Shown piece after piece: positions 35,617-51,400 of a stretch of DNA of 64,000 nt. Both the position numbers and the translations under genes were made by a program. Below the pieces are notes generated by a model. It did no database searches, was not told the origin of the DNA, and was given only the letters and a program-made list of their open reading frames with translations. The stretch covers positions 124,001 to 188,000 of the forward strand of contig JAUCBJ010008890.1 of the NCBI GenBank assembly GCA_032718475.1. Reading direction: 5' to 3'. Origin of the DNA: Nemertoderma westbladi (taxonomy: Eukaryota; Animalia; Xenacoelomorpha). Each line of letters starts with the position of its first letter. Within the stretch, counting starts at the first letter, position 1.

Positions 35617-36184
35617 CACCATGTCCGGGAATATAGTGTCGTTTTTCAGTTACCTGCCCCCCCCCCCCCCCACCCCCCAAAAAAAAATTGTCTACAAATC
35701 TTAATGAGATTGCATGAAACTTGAAACAGATATAGTTTCACCTACCTCCTCATCCTCCGTGAGTGAGCCAGAATTTTTATTTTTGCTTTAAATATTTAGC
35801 TAAAAGTGTTTGAAAAAAGTGTCTCCGGCGATATTTCACAGGTCACAGTGTAATCATTATTCAACTGTTCTATTCAATTATTCTATGGTACCAATAGAAA
35901 GCTTCCCTTGCCCTTGCTTTCCACTGTACCTACAAATCACTATAAGGTTGAAGAATGACTTTGCTCTCTAACTGTTGCAATATCGGCTTAGACACTTTTT
36001 TAAAACGCTTGTAGCTAAAGAACGAAAGCAAAAATAAAAATTCTGGCTCACCCAGCAAGGAGGAGGCGAAACTATCTATGTTTCAAATGTCATGCAATCT
36101 CATTAAGATTTGTAGAAAAATTTGGCGGGGGGGGGGGGGGGGGTCATGTACCTGAATTACGACACTATATTCCAGGGTATGGTG
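35617..36184. mobile_element. MITE with long TIRs and TA target duplication (Tc1/mariner-like)
   Basis: TA|CACCATG..GGAATATAGTGTCGT vs ACGACACTATATTCC..ATGGTG|TA; arms ~200 bp including poly-C/poly-G. Confidence 0.8.
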
Positions 36185-36431
36185 TAATGTACGATGTATT
36201 CGATACATACTTTTAAAACAACCTTCCAATGACAGTTATACAGTAGTAGAGGTGGAGGAAAACCACCAATACTGTTGACAGGATCACGAAGTTTATGATG
36301 GTCGTTGACAAGTGTTGGTTGATCTAGATAGTGATCAGTATCTGAAATCTACGTTCAGTGTGTAAAAGTATGGCTTCCTATATTTTATGGGCCATCAGTG
36401 CATTGATCGATGCATTACCCCGTGAGTCCCG

Positions 36432-39400
36432 ATATCCTATCCCGCACTGAACACTGAACGTGGTTTATTTATAAAATATCCTATCCCACACTGAACTTGG
36501 TTTATTTATAAAATATCCTATCCCACACTGAACACTGAATTTGGTTTATTTATAAAATATCCTATCCCACACTGAACTTGGTTTATTTATAAAATATCCT
36601 ATCCCACACTGAACACTGAATTGGTTTATTTATAAAATATCCTATCCCACACTGAACTTGGTTTATTTATAAAATATCCTATCCCACACTGAACTTGGTT
36701 TATTTATAAAATATCCTATCCCACACTGAACACTGAACTTGGTTTATTTATAAAATATCCTATCTCACACTGACCTTGGTTTATTTATAAAATATCCTAT
36801 CCCACAGTGAACTTGGTTTATTTATAAAATATCCTATCCCACAGTGAACTTGGTTTATTTATAAAATATCCTATCCCACACTGAACACTGAACTTGGTTT
36901 ATTTATAAAATATCCTATCCCACACTGAACACTGAACTTGGTTTATTTATAAAATATCCTATCCCACACTGAACTTGGTTTATTTATAAAATATCCTATC
37001 CCACACTGAACTTGGTTTATTTATAAAATATCCTATCCCACACTGAACTTGGTTTATTTATAAAATATCATATCCCACACTGAACTTGGTTTATTTATAA
37101 AATATCATATCCCACACTGAATTTGGTTTATTTATAAAATATCCTATCCCCCACTGAACTTGGTTTATTTATAAAATATCCTATCCCACACTGAACTTGG
37201 TTTATTTATAAAATATCCTATCCCACACTGAACTTGGTTTATTTATAAAATATCATATCCCACACTGAACTTGGTTTATTTATAAAATATCCTATCCCAC
37301 ACTGAACTTGGTTTATTTATAAAATATCCTATCCCACACTGAACTTGGTTTATTTATAAAATATCCTATCCCACACTGAACTTGGTTTATTTATAAAATA
37401 TCCTATCCTACACTGAACTTGGTTTATTTATAAAATATCCTATCCCACACTGAACACTGAACTTGGTTTATTTATAAAATATCCTATCCCACACTGAACA
37501 CTGAACTTGGTTTATTTATAAAATATCCTATCCCACACTGAACACTGAACTTGGTTTATTTATAAAATATCCTATCCCACACTGAACACTGAACTTGGTT
37601 TATTTATAAAATATCCTATCCCACACTGAACACTGAACTTGGTTTATTTATAAAATATCCTATCCCACACTGAACTTGGTTTATTTATAAAATATCCTAT
37701 CCCACACTGAACTTGGTTTATTTATAAAATATCCTATCCCACACTGAACACTGAACTTGGTTTATTTATAAAATATCCTATCCCACACTGAACTTGGTTT
37801 ATTTATAAAATATCATATCCCACACTGAATTTGGTTTATTTATAAAATATCCTATCCCACACTGAACTTGGTTTATTTATAAAATATCATATCCCACACT
37901 GAACTTGGTTTATATATAAAATATCCTATCCCACACTGAACTTGGTTTATTTATAAAATATCATATCCCACACTGAACTTGGTTTATTTATAAAATATCC
38001 TATCCCACACTGAACTTGGTTTATTTATAAAATATCCTATCCCACACTGAACTTGGTTTATTTGTAAAATATCCTATCCCACACTGAACTTGGTTTATTT
38101 ATAAAATATCCTATCCCACACTGAACTTGGTTTATTTATAAAATATCCTATCCCACTCTGAACTTGGTTTATTTATAAAATATCCTATCCCACAGTGAAC
38201 TTGGTTTATTTATAAAATATCCTATCCCACACTGAACTTGGTTTATTTTTAAAATATCCTATCCCGCACTGAACACTGAACGTGGTTTATTTATAAAATA
38301 TCCTATCCCACACTGAACTTGGTTTATTTATAAAATATCCTATCCCGCACTGAACACTGAACGTGGTTTATTTATAAAATATCCTATCCCACACTGAACT
38401 TGGTTTATTTATAAAATATCCTATCCCACACTGAACTTGGTTTATTTATAAAATATCCTATCCCACAGTGAACTTGATTTATTTATAAAATATCCTATCC
38501 CACACTGAACTTGATTTATTTATAAAATATCCTATCCCACACTGAACTTGGTTTATTTAAAAAATATCCTATCCCACACTGAACTTGGTTTATTTATAAA
38601 ATATCCTATCCCACACTGAACTTGGTTTATTTATAAAATATCCTATCCCACACTGAACTTGGTTTATTTATAAAATATCCTATCCCACACTGAACTTGGT
38701 TTATTTATAAAATATCCTATCCCACACTGAACTTGGTTTATTTATAAAATATCCTATCCCACACTGAACTTGGTTTTTTTATAAAATATCCTATCCCACA
38801 CTGAACACTGAACTTGGTTTATTTATAAAATATCCTATCCCGCACTGAACACTGAACGTTGTTTATTTATAAAATATCCTATCCCACACTGAACTTGGTT
38901 TATTTATAAAATATCCTATCCCACACTGAACTTGGTTTATTTATAAAATATCCTATCCCACACTGAACTTGGTTTATTTATAAAATATCCTATCCCACAC
39001 TGAACTTGGTTTATTTATAAAATATCCTATCCCACACTGAACTTGGTTTATTTATAAAATATCCTATCCCACAGTGAACTTGGTTTATTTATAAAATATC
39101 CTATCCCACACTGAACACTGAACTTGGTTTATTTATAAAATATCCTATCCCACAGTGAACTTGGTTTATTTATAAAATATCCTATCCCACACTGAACACT
39201 GAACTTGGTTTATTTATAAAATATCCTATCCCACACTGAACTTGGTTTATATATAAAATATCCTATCCCACACTGAACTTGGTTTATTTATAAAATATCC
39301 TATCCCACACTGAACTTGGTTTATTTATAAAATATCCTATCCCACACTGAACTTGGTTTATTTATAAAATATCCTATCCCACACTGAACACTGAACTTGG

Positions 39401-42400
39401 TTTATTTATAAAATATCCTATCTCACACTGACCTTGGTTTATTTATAAAATATCCTATCCCACAGTGAACTTGGTTTATTTATAAAATATCCTATCCCAC
39501 AGTGAACTTGGTTTATTTATAAAATATCCTATCCCACACTGAACACTGAACTTGGTTTATTTATAAAATATCCTATCCCACACTGAACACTGAACTTGGT
39601 TTATTTATAAAATATCCTATCCCACACTGAACTTGGTTTATTTATAAAATATCCTATCCCACACTGAACTTGGTTTATTTATAAAATATCCTATCCCACA
39701 CTGAACTTGGTTTATTTATAAAATATCATATCCCACACTGAACTTGGTTTATTTATAAAATATCATATCCCACACTGAATTTGGTTTATTTATAAAATAT
39801 CCTATCCCCCACTGAACTTGGTTTATTTATAAAATATCCTATCCCACACTGAACTTGGTTTATTTATAAAATATCCTATCCCACACTGAACTTGGTTTAT
39901 TTATAAAATATCATATCCCACACTGAACTTGGTTTATTTATAAAATATCCTATCCCACACTGAACTTGGTTTATTTATAAAATATCCTATCCCACACTGA
40001 ACTTGGTTTATTTATAAAATATCCTATCCCACACTGAACTTGGTTTATTTATAAAATATCCTATCCTACACTGAACTTGGTTTATTTATAAAATATCCTA
40101 TCCCACACTGAACACTGAACTTGGTTTATTTATAAAATATCCTATCCCACACTGAACACTGAACTTGGTTTATTTATAAAATATCCTATCCCACACTGAA
40201 CACTGAACTTGGTTTATTTATAAAATATCCTATCCCACACTGAACACTGAACTTGGTTTATTTATAAAATATCCTATCCCACACTGAACACTGAACTTGG
40301 TTTATTTATAAAATATCCTATCCCACACTGAACTTGGTTTATTTATAAAATATCCTATCCCACACTGAACTTGGTTTATTTATAAAATATCCTATCCCAC
40401 ACTGAACACTGAACTTGGTTTATTTATAAAATATCCTATCCCACACTGAACTTGGTTTATTTATAAAATATCATATCCCACACTGAATTTGGTTTATTTA
40501 TAAAATATCCTATCCCACACTGAACTTGGTTTATTTATAAAATATCATATCCCACACTGAACTTGGTTTATATATAAAATATCCTATCCCACACTGAACT
40601 TGGTTTATTTATAAAATATCATATCCCACACTGAACTTGGTTTATTTATAAAATATCCTATCCCACACTGAACTTGGTTTATTTATAAAATATCCTATCC
40701 CACACTGAACTTGGTTTATTTGTAAAATATCCTATCCCACACTGAACTTGGTTTATTTATAAAATATCCTATCCCACACTGAACTTGGTTTATTTATAAA
40801 ATATCCTATCCCACTCTGAACTTGGTTTATTTATAAAATATCCTATCCCACAGTGAACTTGGTTTATTTATAAAATATCCTATCCCACACTGAACTTGGT
40901 TTATTTTTAAAATATCCTATCCCGCACTGAACACTGAACGTGGTTTATTTATAAAATATCCTATCCCACACTGAACTTGGTTTATTTATAAAATATCCTA
41001 TCCCGCACTGAACACTGAACGTGGTTTATTTATAAAATATCCTATCCCACACTGAACTTGGTTTATTTATAAAATATCCTATCCCACACTGAACTTGGTT
41101 TATTTATAAAATATCCTATCCCACAGTGAACTTGATTTATTTATAAAATATCCTATCCCACACTGAACTTGATTTATTTATAAAATATCCTATCCCACAC
41201 TGAACTTGGTTTATTTAAAAAATATCCTATCCCACACTGAACTTGGTTTATTTATAAAATATCCTATCCCACACTGAACTTGGTTTATTTATAAAATATC
41301 CTATCCCACACTGAACTTGGTTTATTTATAAAATATCCTATCCCACACTGAACTTGGTTTATTTATAAAATATCCTATCCCACACTGAACTTGGTTTATT
41401 TATAAAATATCCTATCCCACACTGAACTTGGTTTTTTTATAAAATATCCTATCCCACACTGAACACTGAACTTGGTTTATTTATAAAATATCCTATCCCG
41501 CACTGAACACTGAACGTTGTTTATTTATAAAATATCCTATCCCACACTGAACTTGGTTTATTTATAAAATATCCTATCCCACACTGAACTTGGTTTATTT
41601 ATAAAATATCCTATCCCACACTGAACTTGGTTTATTTATAAAATATCCTATCCCACACTGAACTTGGTTTATTTATAAAATATCCTATCCCACACTGAAC
41701 TTGGTTTATTTATAAAATATCCTATCCCACAGTGAACTTGGTTTATTTATAAAATATCCTATCCCACACTGAACACTGAACTTGGTTTATTTATAAAATA
41801 TCCTATCCCACAGTGAACTTGGTTTATTTATAAAATATCCTATCCCACACTGAACACTGAACTTGGTTTATTTATAAAATATCCTATCCCACACTGAACT
41901 TGGTTTATATATAAAATATCCTATCCCACACTGAACTTAGTTTATTTATAAAATATCCTATCCCACACTGAACTTGGTTTATTTATAAAATATCCTATCC
42001 CACACTGAACGTGGTTTATTTATAAAATATCCTATCCCACACTGAACTTGGTTTATTTATAAAATATCCTATCCCACACTGAACTTGGTTTATTTATAAA
42101 ATATCCTATCCCACACTGAACTTGGTTTATTTATAAAACATCCTATCCCACACTGAACTTGGTTTATTTATAAAATATCCTATCCCACACTGAACTTGGT
42201 TTATTTATAAAATATCCTATCCCACACTGAACACTGAACTTGGTTTATTTATAAAATATCCTATCCCACACTGAACTTGGTTTATTTATAAAACATCCTA
42301 TCCCACACTGAACTTGGTTTATTTATAAAATATCCTATCCCACACTGAACACTGAACTTGGTTTATTTATAAAATATCCTATCCCACACTGAACACTGTA

Positions 42401-45400
42401 CTTGGTTTATTTATAAAATATCCTATCCCACACTGAACTTGGTTTATTTATAAAATATCCTATCCCACACTGAACTTGGTTTATTTATAAAATATCCTAT
42501 CCCACACTGAACTTGGTTTATTTATAAAACATCCTATCCCACACTGAACTTGGTTTATTTATAAAATATCCTATCCCACACTGAACACTGAACTTGGTTT
42601 ATTTATAAAATATCCTATCCCACACTGAACACTGTACTTGGTTTATTTATAAAATATCCTATCCCACACTGAACTTGGTTTATTTATAAAATATCCTATC
42701 CCACACTGAACACTGAACTTGGTTTATTTATAAAATATCCTATCCCACACTGAACACTAAACTTGGTTTATTTATAAAATATCCTATCCCACACTGAACT
42801 TGGTTTATTTATAAAATATCCTATCCCACACTGAACACTGAACTTGGTTTATTTATAAAATATCCTAACCCACACTGAACACTGAACTTGGTTTATTTAT
42901 AAAATATCCTATCCCACACTGAACACTGAACTTGGTTTATTTATAAAATATCCTATCCCACACTGAACACTGAACTTGGTTTATTTATAAAATATCCTAT
43001 CCCACACTGAACTTGGTTTATTTATAAAATATCCTATCCCACACTGAACTTGGTTTATTTATAAAATATCCTATCCCACACTGAACTTGGTTTATTTATA
43101 AAATATCCTATCCCACACTGAACTTGGTTTATTTATAAAATATCCTATCCCACACTGAACACTGAACTTGGTTTATTTATAAAATATCCTATCCCACACT
43201 GAACTTGGTTTATTTATAAAATATCCTATCCCACACTGAACACTGAACTTGGTTTATTTATAAAATATCCTATCCCACACTGAACACTGAACACTGAACT
43301 TGGTTTATTTATAAAATATCCTATCCCACACTGAACACTGAACTTGGATTTATTTATAAAATATCCTATCCCACACTGAACACTGAACTTGGTTTATTTA
43401 TAAAATATCCTATCCCACACTGAACTTGGTTTATTTATAAAATATCCTATCCCACACTGAACTTGGTTTATTTATAAAATATCCTATCCCACACTGAACT
43501 TGGTTTATTTATAAAATATCCTATCCCACACTGAACTTGGTTTATTTATAAAATATCCTATCCCACACTGAACTTGGTTTATTTATAAAATATCCTATCC
43601 CACACTGAACTTGGTTTATTTATAAAACATCCTAACCCACACTGAACTTGGTTTATTTATAAAATATCCTATCCCACACTGAACTTGGTTTATTTATAAA
43701 ATATCCTATCCCACACTGAACACTTAACTTGGTTTATTTATAAAATATCCTATCCCACACTGAAATTGGTTTATTTATAAAACATCCTATCCCACACTGA
43801 ACTTGGTTTATTTATAAAATATCCTATCCCACACTGAACTTGGTTTATTTATAAAATATCCTATCCCACACTGAACTTGGTTTATTTATAAAACATCCTA
43901 TCCCACACTGAACTTGGTTTATTTATAAAATATCCTATCCCACACTGAACTTGGTTTATTTATAAAACATCCTATCCCACACTGAACTTGGTTTATTTAT
44001 AAAATATCCTATCCCACACTGAACACTGAACTTGGTTTATTTATAAAATATCCTATCCCACACTGAACTTGGTTTATTTATAAAATATCCTATCCCACAC
44101 TGAACACTGAACTTGGTTTATTTATAAAATATCCTATCCCACACTGAACTTGGTTTATTTATAACACATCCTATCCCACACTGAACATGGTTTATTTATA
44201 AAATATCCTATCCCACACTGAACTTGGTTTATTTATAAAATATCCTATCCCACACTGAACTTGGTTTATTTATAAAACATCCTATCCCACACTGAACTTG
44301 GTTTATTTATAAAATATCCTATCCCACACTGAACTTGGTTTATTTATAAAACATCCTATCCCACACTGAACTTGGTTTATTTATAAAATATCCTATCCCA
44401 CACTGAACACTGAACTTGGTTTATTTATAAAATATCCTATCCCACACTGAACTTGGTTTATTTATAAAATATCCTATCCAACACTGAACACTGAACTTGG
44501 TTTATTTATAAAATATCCTATCCCACACTGAACTTGGTTTATTTATAAAATATCCTATCCCACACTGAACTTGGTTTATTTATAAAATATCCTATCCCAC
44601 ACTGAACACTGAACTTGGTTTATTTATAAAATATCCTATCCCACACTGAACTTGGTTTATTTATAAAACATCCTATCCCACACTGAACTTGGTTTATTTA
44701 TAAAATATCCTATCCCACACTGAACTTGGTTTATTTATAAAATATCCTATCCCACACTGAACTTGGTTTATTTATAAAATATCCTATCCCAAACTGAACA
44801 CTGAACTTGGTTTATTTATAAAATATCCTATCCCACACTGAACTTGGTTTATTTATAAAACATCCTATCCCGCACTGAACACTGAACTTGGTTTATTTAT
44901 AAAACATCCTATCCCACACTGAACTTGGTTTATTTATAAAATATCCTATCCCACACTGAACTTGGTTTATTTATAAAATATCCTATCCCACACTGAACTT
45001 GGTTTATTTATAAAATATCCTATCCCAAACTGAACACTGAACTTGGTTTATTTATAAAATATCCTATCCCACACTGAACTTGGTTTATTTATAAAACATC
45101 CTATCCCGCACTGAACACTGAACTTGGTTTATTTATAAAATATCCTATCCCACACTGAACACTGAACTTGGTTTATTTATAAAATATCCTATCCCACACT
45201 GAACACTGAACTTGGTTTATTTATAAAATATCCTATCCCACACTGAACACTGTACTTGGTTTATTTATAAAATATCCTATCCCACACTGAACTTGGTTTA
45301 TTTATAAAATATCCTATCCCACACTGAACTTGGTTTATTTATAAAATATCCTATCCCACACTGAACTTGGTTTATTTATAAAACATCCTATCCCACACTG

Positions 45401-48400
45401 AACTTGGTTTATTTATAAAATATCCTATCCCACACTGAACACTGAACTTGGTTTATTTATAAAATATCCTATCCCACACTGAACACTGTACTTGGTTTAT
45501 TTATAAAATATCCTATCCCACACTGAACTTGGTTTATTTATAAAATATCCTATCCCACACTGAACACTGAACTTGGTTTATTTATAAAATATCCTATCCC
45601 ACACTGAACTTGGTTTATTTATAAAATATCCTATCCCACACTGAACTTGGTTTATTTATAAAATATCCTATCCCACACTGAACTTGGTTTATTTATAAAA
45701 TATCCTATCCCACACTGAACTTGGTTTATTTATAAAATATCCTATCCCACACTGAACTTGGTTTATTTATAAAATATCCTATCCCACACTGAACTTGGTT
45801 TATTTATAAAATATCCTATCCCACACTGAACTTGGTTTATTTATAAAATATCATATCCCACACTGAACTTGGTTTATATATAAAATATCATATCCCACAC
45901 TGAACTTGGTTTATTTATAAAATATCATATCCCACACTGAACTTGGTTTATTTATAAAATATCCTATCCCCCACTGAACTTGGTTTATTTATAAAATATC
46001 CTATCCCACACTGAACTTGGTTTATTTATAAAATATCCTATCCCACACTGAACTTGGTTTATTTATAAAATATCATATCCCACACTGAACTTGGTTTATT
46101 TATAAAATATCCTATCCCACACTGAACTTGGTTTATTTATAAAATATCCTATCCCACACTGAACTTGGTTTATTTATAAAATATCCTATCCCACACTGAA
46201 CTTGGTTTATTTATAAAATATCCTATCCTACACTGAACTTGGTTTATTTATAAAATATCCTATCCCACACTGAACACTGAACTTGGTTTATTTATAAAAT
46301 ATCCTATCCCACACTGAACACTGAACTTGGTTTATTTATAAAATATCCTATCCCACACTGAACACTGAACTTGGTTTATTTATAAAATATCCTATCCCAC
46401 ACTGAACACTGAACTTGGTTTATTTATAAAATATCCTATCCCACACTGAACACTGAACTTGGTTTATTTATAAAATATCCTATCCCACACTGAACTTGGT
46501 TTATTTATAAAATATCCTATCCCACACTGAACTTGGTTTATTTATAAAATATCCTATCCCACACTGAACACTGAACTTGGTTTATTTATAAAATATCCTA
46601 TCCCACACTGAACTTGGTTTATTTATAAAATATCATATCCCACACTGAATTTGGTTTATTTATAAAATATCCTATCCCACACTGAACTTGGTTTATTTAT
46701 AAAATATCATATCCCACACTGAACTTGGTTTATATATAAAATATCCTATCCCACACTGAACTTGGTTTATTTATAAAATATCATATCCCACACTGAACTT
46801 GGTTTATTTATAAAATATCCTATCCCACACTGAACTTGGTTTATTTATAAAATATCCTATCCCACACTGAACTTGGTTTATTTGTAAAATATCCTATCCC
46901 ACACTGAACTTGGTTTATTTATAAAATATCCTATCCCACACTGAACTTGGTTTATTTATAAAATATCCTATCCCACTCTGAACTTGGTTTATTTATAAAA
47001 TATCCTATCCCACAGTGAACTTGGTTTATTTATAAAATATCCTATCCCACACTGAACTTGGTTTATTTTTAAAATATCCTATCCCGCACTGAACACTGAA
47101 CGTGGTTTATTTATAAAATATCCTATCCCACACTGAACTTGGTTTATTTATAAAATATCCTATCCCGCACTGAACACTGAACGTGGTTTATTTATAAAAT
47201 ATCCTATCCCACACTGAACTTGGTTTATTTATAAAATATCCTATCCCACACTGAACTTGGTTTATTTATAAAATATCCTATCCCACAGTGAACTTGATTT
47301 ATTTATAAAATATCCTATCCCACACTGAACTTGATTTATTTATAAAATATCCTATCCCACACTGAACTTGGTTTATTTAAAAAATATCCTATCCCACACT
47401 GAACTTGGTTTATTTATAAAATATCCTATCCCACACTGAACTTGGTTTATTTATAAAATATCCTATCCCACACTGAACTTGGTTTATTTATAAAATATCC
47501 TATCCCACACTGAACTTGGTTTATTTATAAAATATCCTATCCCACACTGAACTTGATTTATTTATAAAATATCCTATCCCACACTGAACTTGGTTTATTT
47601 AAAAAATATCCTATCCCACACTGAACTTGGTTTATTTATAAAATATCCTATCCCACACTGAACTTGGTTTATTTATAAAATATCCTATCCCACACTGAAC
47701 TTGGTTTATTTATAAAATATCCTATCCCACACTGAACTTGGTTTATTTATAAAATATCCTATCCCACACTGAACTTGGTTTATTTATAAAATATCCTATC
47801 CCACACTGAACTTGGTTTTTTTATAAAATATCCTATCCCACACTGAACACTGAACTTGGTTTATTTATAAAATATCCTATCCCGCACTGAACACTGAACG
47901 TTGTTTATTTATAAAATATCCTATCCCACACTGAACTTGGTTTATTTATAAAATATCCTATCCCACACTGAACTTGGTTTATTTATAAAATATCCTATCC
48001 CACACTGAACTTGGTTTATTTATAAAATATCCTATCCCACACTGAACTTGGTTTATTTATAAAATATCCTATCCCACACTGAACTTGGTTTATTTATAAA
48101 ATATCCTATCCCACAGTGAACTTGGTTTATTTATAAAATATCCTATCCCACACTGAACACTGAACTTGGTTTATTTATAAAATATCCTATCCCACAGTGA
48201 ACTTGGTTTATTTATAAAATATCCTATCCCACACTGAACACTGAACTTGGTTTATTTATAAAATATCCTATCCCACACTGAACTTGGTTTATATATAAAA
48301 TATCCTATCCCACACTGAACTTAGTTTATTTATAAAATATCCTATCCCACACTGAACTTGGTTTATTTATAAAATATCCTATCCCACACTGAACGTGGTT

Positions 48401-51400
48401 TATTTATAAAATATCCTATCCCACACTGAACTTGGTTTATTTATAAAATATCCTATCCCACACTGAACTTGGTTTATTTATAAAATATCCTATCCCACAC
48501 TGAACTTGGTTTATTTATAAAACATCCTATCCCACACTGAACTTGGTTTATTTATAAAATATCCTATCCCACACTGAACTTGGTTTATTTATAAAATATC
48601 CTATCCCACACTGAACACTGAACTTGGTTTATTTATAAAATATCCTATCCCACACTGAACTTGGTTTATTTATAAAACATCCTATCCCACACTGAACTTG
48701 GTTTATTTATAAAATATCCTATCCCACACTGAACACTGAACTTGGTTTATTTATAAAATATCCTATCCCACACTGAACACTGTACTTGGTTTATTTATAA
48801 AATATCCTATCCCACACTGAACTTGGTTTATTTATAAAATATCCTATCCCACACTGAACTTGGTTTATTTATAAAATATCCTATCCCACACTGAACTTGG
48901 TTTATTTATAAAACATCCTATCCCACACTGAACTTGGTTTATTTATAAAATATCCTATCCCACACTGAACACTGAACTTGGTTTATTTATAAAATATCCT
49001 ATCCCACACTGAACACTGTACTTGGTTTATTTATAAAATATCCTATCCCACACTGAACTTGGTTTATTTATAAAATATCCTATCCCACACTGAACACTGA
49101 ACTTGGTTTATTTATAAAATATCCTATCCCACACTGAACACTAAACTTGGTTTATTTATAAAATATCCTATCCCACACTGAACTTGGTTTATTTATAAAA
49201 TATCCTATCCCACACTGAACACTGAACTTGGTTTATTTATAAAATATCCTAACCCACACTGAACACTGAACTTGGTTTATTTATAAAATATCCTATCCCA
49301 CACTGAACACTGAACTTGGTTTATTTATAAAATATCCTATCCCACACTGAACACTGAACTTGGTTTATTTATAAAATATCCTATCCCACACTGAACTTGG
49401 TTTATTTATAAAATATCCTATCCCACACTGAACTTGGTTTATTTATAAAATATCCTATCCCACACTGAACTTGGTTTATTTATAAAATATCCTATCCCAC
49501 ACTGAACTTGGTTTATTTATAAAATATCCTATCCCACACTGAACACTGAACTTGGTTTATTTATAAAATATCCTATCCCACACTGAACTTGGTTTATTTA
49601 TAAAATATCCTATCCCACACTGAACACTGAACTTGGTTTATTTATAAAATATCCTATCCCACACTGAACACTGAACACTGAACTTGGTTTATTTATAAAA
49701 TATCCTATCCCACACTGAACACTGAACTTGGATTTATTTATAAAATATCCTATCCCACACTGAACACTGAACTTGGTTTATTTATAAAATATCCTATCCC
49801 ACACTGAACTTGGTTTATTTATAAAATATCCTATCCCACACTGAACTTGGTTTATTTATAAAATATCCTATCCCACACTGAACTTGGTTTATTTATAAAA
49901 TATCCTATCCCACACTGAACTTGGTTTATTTATAAAATATCCTATCCCACACTGAACTTGGTTTATTTATAAAATATCCTATCCCACACTGAACTTGGTT
50001 TATTTATAAAACATCCTAACCCACACTGAACTTGGTTTATTTATAAAATATCCTATCCCACACTGAACTTGGTTTATTTATAAAATATCCTATCCCACAC
50101 TGAACACTTAACTTGGTTTATTTATAAAATATCCTATCCCACACTGAAATTGGTTTATTTATAAAACATCCTATCCCACACTGAACTTGGTTTATTTATA
50201 AAATATCCTATCCCACACTGAACTTGGTTTATTTATAAAATATCCTATCCCACACTGAACTTGGTTTATTTATAAAACATCCTATCCCACACTGAACTTG
50301 GTTTATTTATAAAATATCCTATCCCACACTGAACTTGGTTTATTTATAAAACATCCTATCCCACACTGAACTTGGTTTATTTATAAAATATCCTATCCCA
50401 CACTGAACACTGAACTTGGTTTATTTATAAAATATCCTATCCCACACTGAACTTGGTTTATTTATAAAATATCCTATCCCACACTGAACACTGAACTTGG
50501 TTTATTTATAAAATATCCTATCCCACACTGAACTTGGTTTATTTATAACACATCCTATCCCACACTGAACATGGTTTATTTATAAAATATCCTATCCCAC
50601 ACTGAACTTGGTTTATTTATAAAATATCCTATCCCACACTGAACTTGGTTTATTTATAAAACATCCTATCCCACACTGAACTTGGTTTATTTATAAAATA
50701 TCCTATCCCACACTGAACTTGGTTTATTTATAAAACATCCTATCCCACACTGAACTTGGTTTATTTATAAAATATCCTATCCCACACTGAACACTGAACT
50801 TGGTTTATTTATAAAATATCCTATCCCACACTGAACTTGGTTTATTTATAAAATATCCTATCCAACACTGAACACTGAACTTGGTTTATTTATAAAATAT
50901 CCTATCCCACACTGAACTTGGTTTATTTATAAAATATCCTATCCCACACTGAACTTGGTTTATTTATAAAATATCCTATCCCACACTGAACACTGAACTT
51001 GGTTTATTTATAAAATATCCTATCCCACACTGAACTTGGTTTATTTATAAAACATCCTATCCCACACTGAACTTGGTTTATTTATAAAATATCCTATCCC
51101 ACACTGAACTTGGTTTATTTATAAAATATCCTATCCCACACTGAACTTGGTTTATTTATAAAATATCCTATCCCAAACTGAACACTGAACTTGGTTTATT
51201 TATAAAATATCCTATCCCACACTGAACTTGGTTTATTTATAAAACATCCTATCCCGCACTGAACACTGAACTTGGTTTATTTATAAAACATCCTATCCCA
51301 CACTGAACTTGGTTTATTTATAAAATATCCTATCCCACACTGAACTTGGTTTATTTATAAAATATCCTATCCCACACTGAACTTGGTTTATTTATAAAAT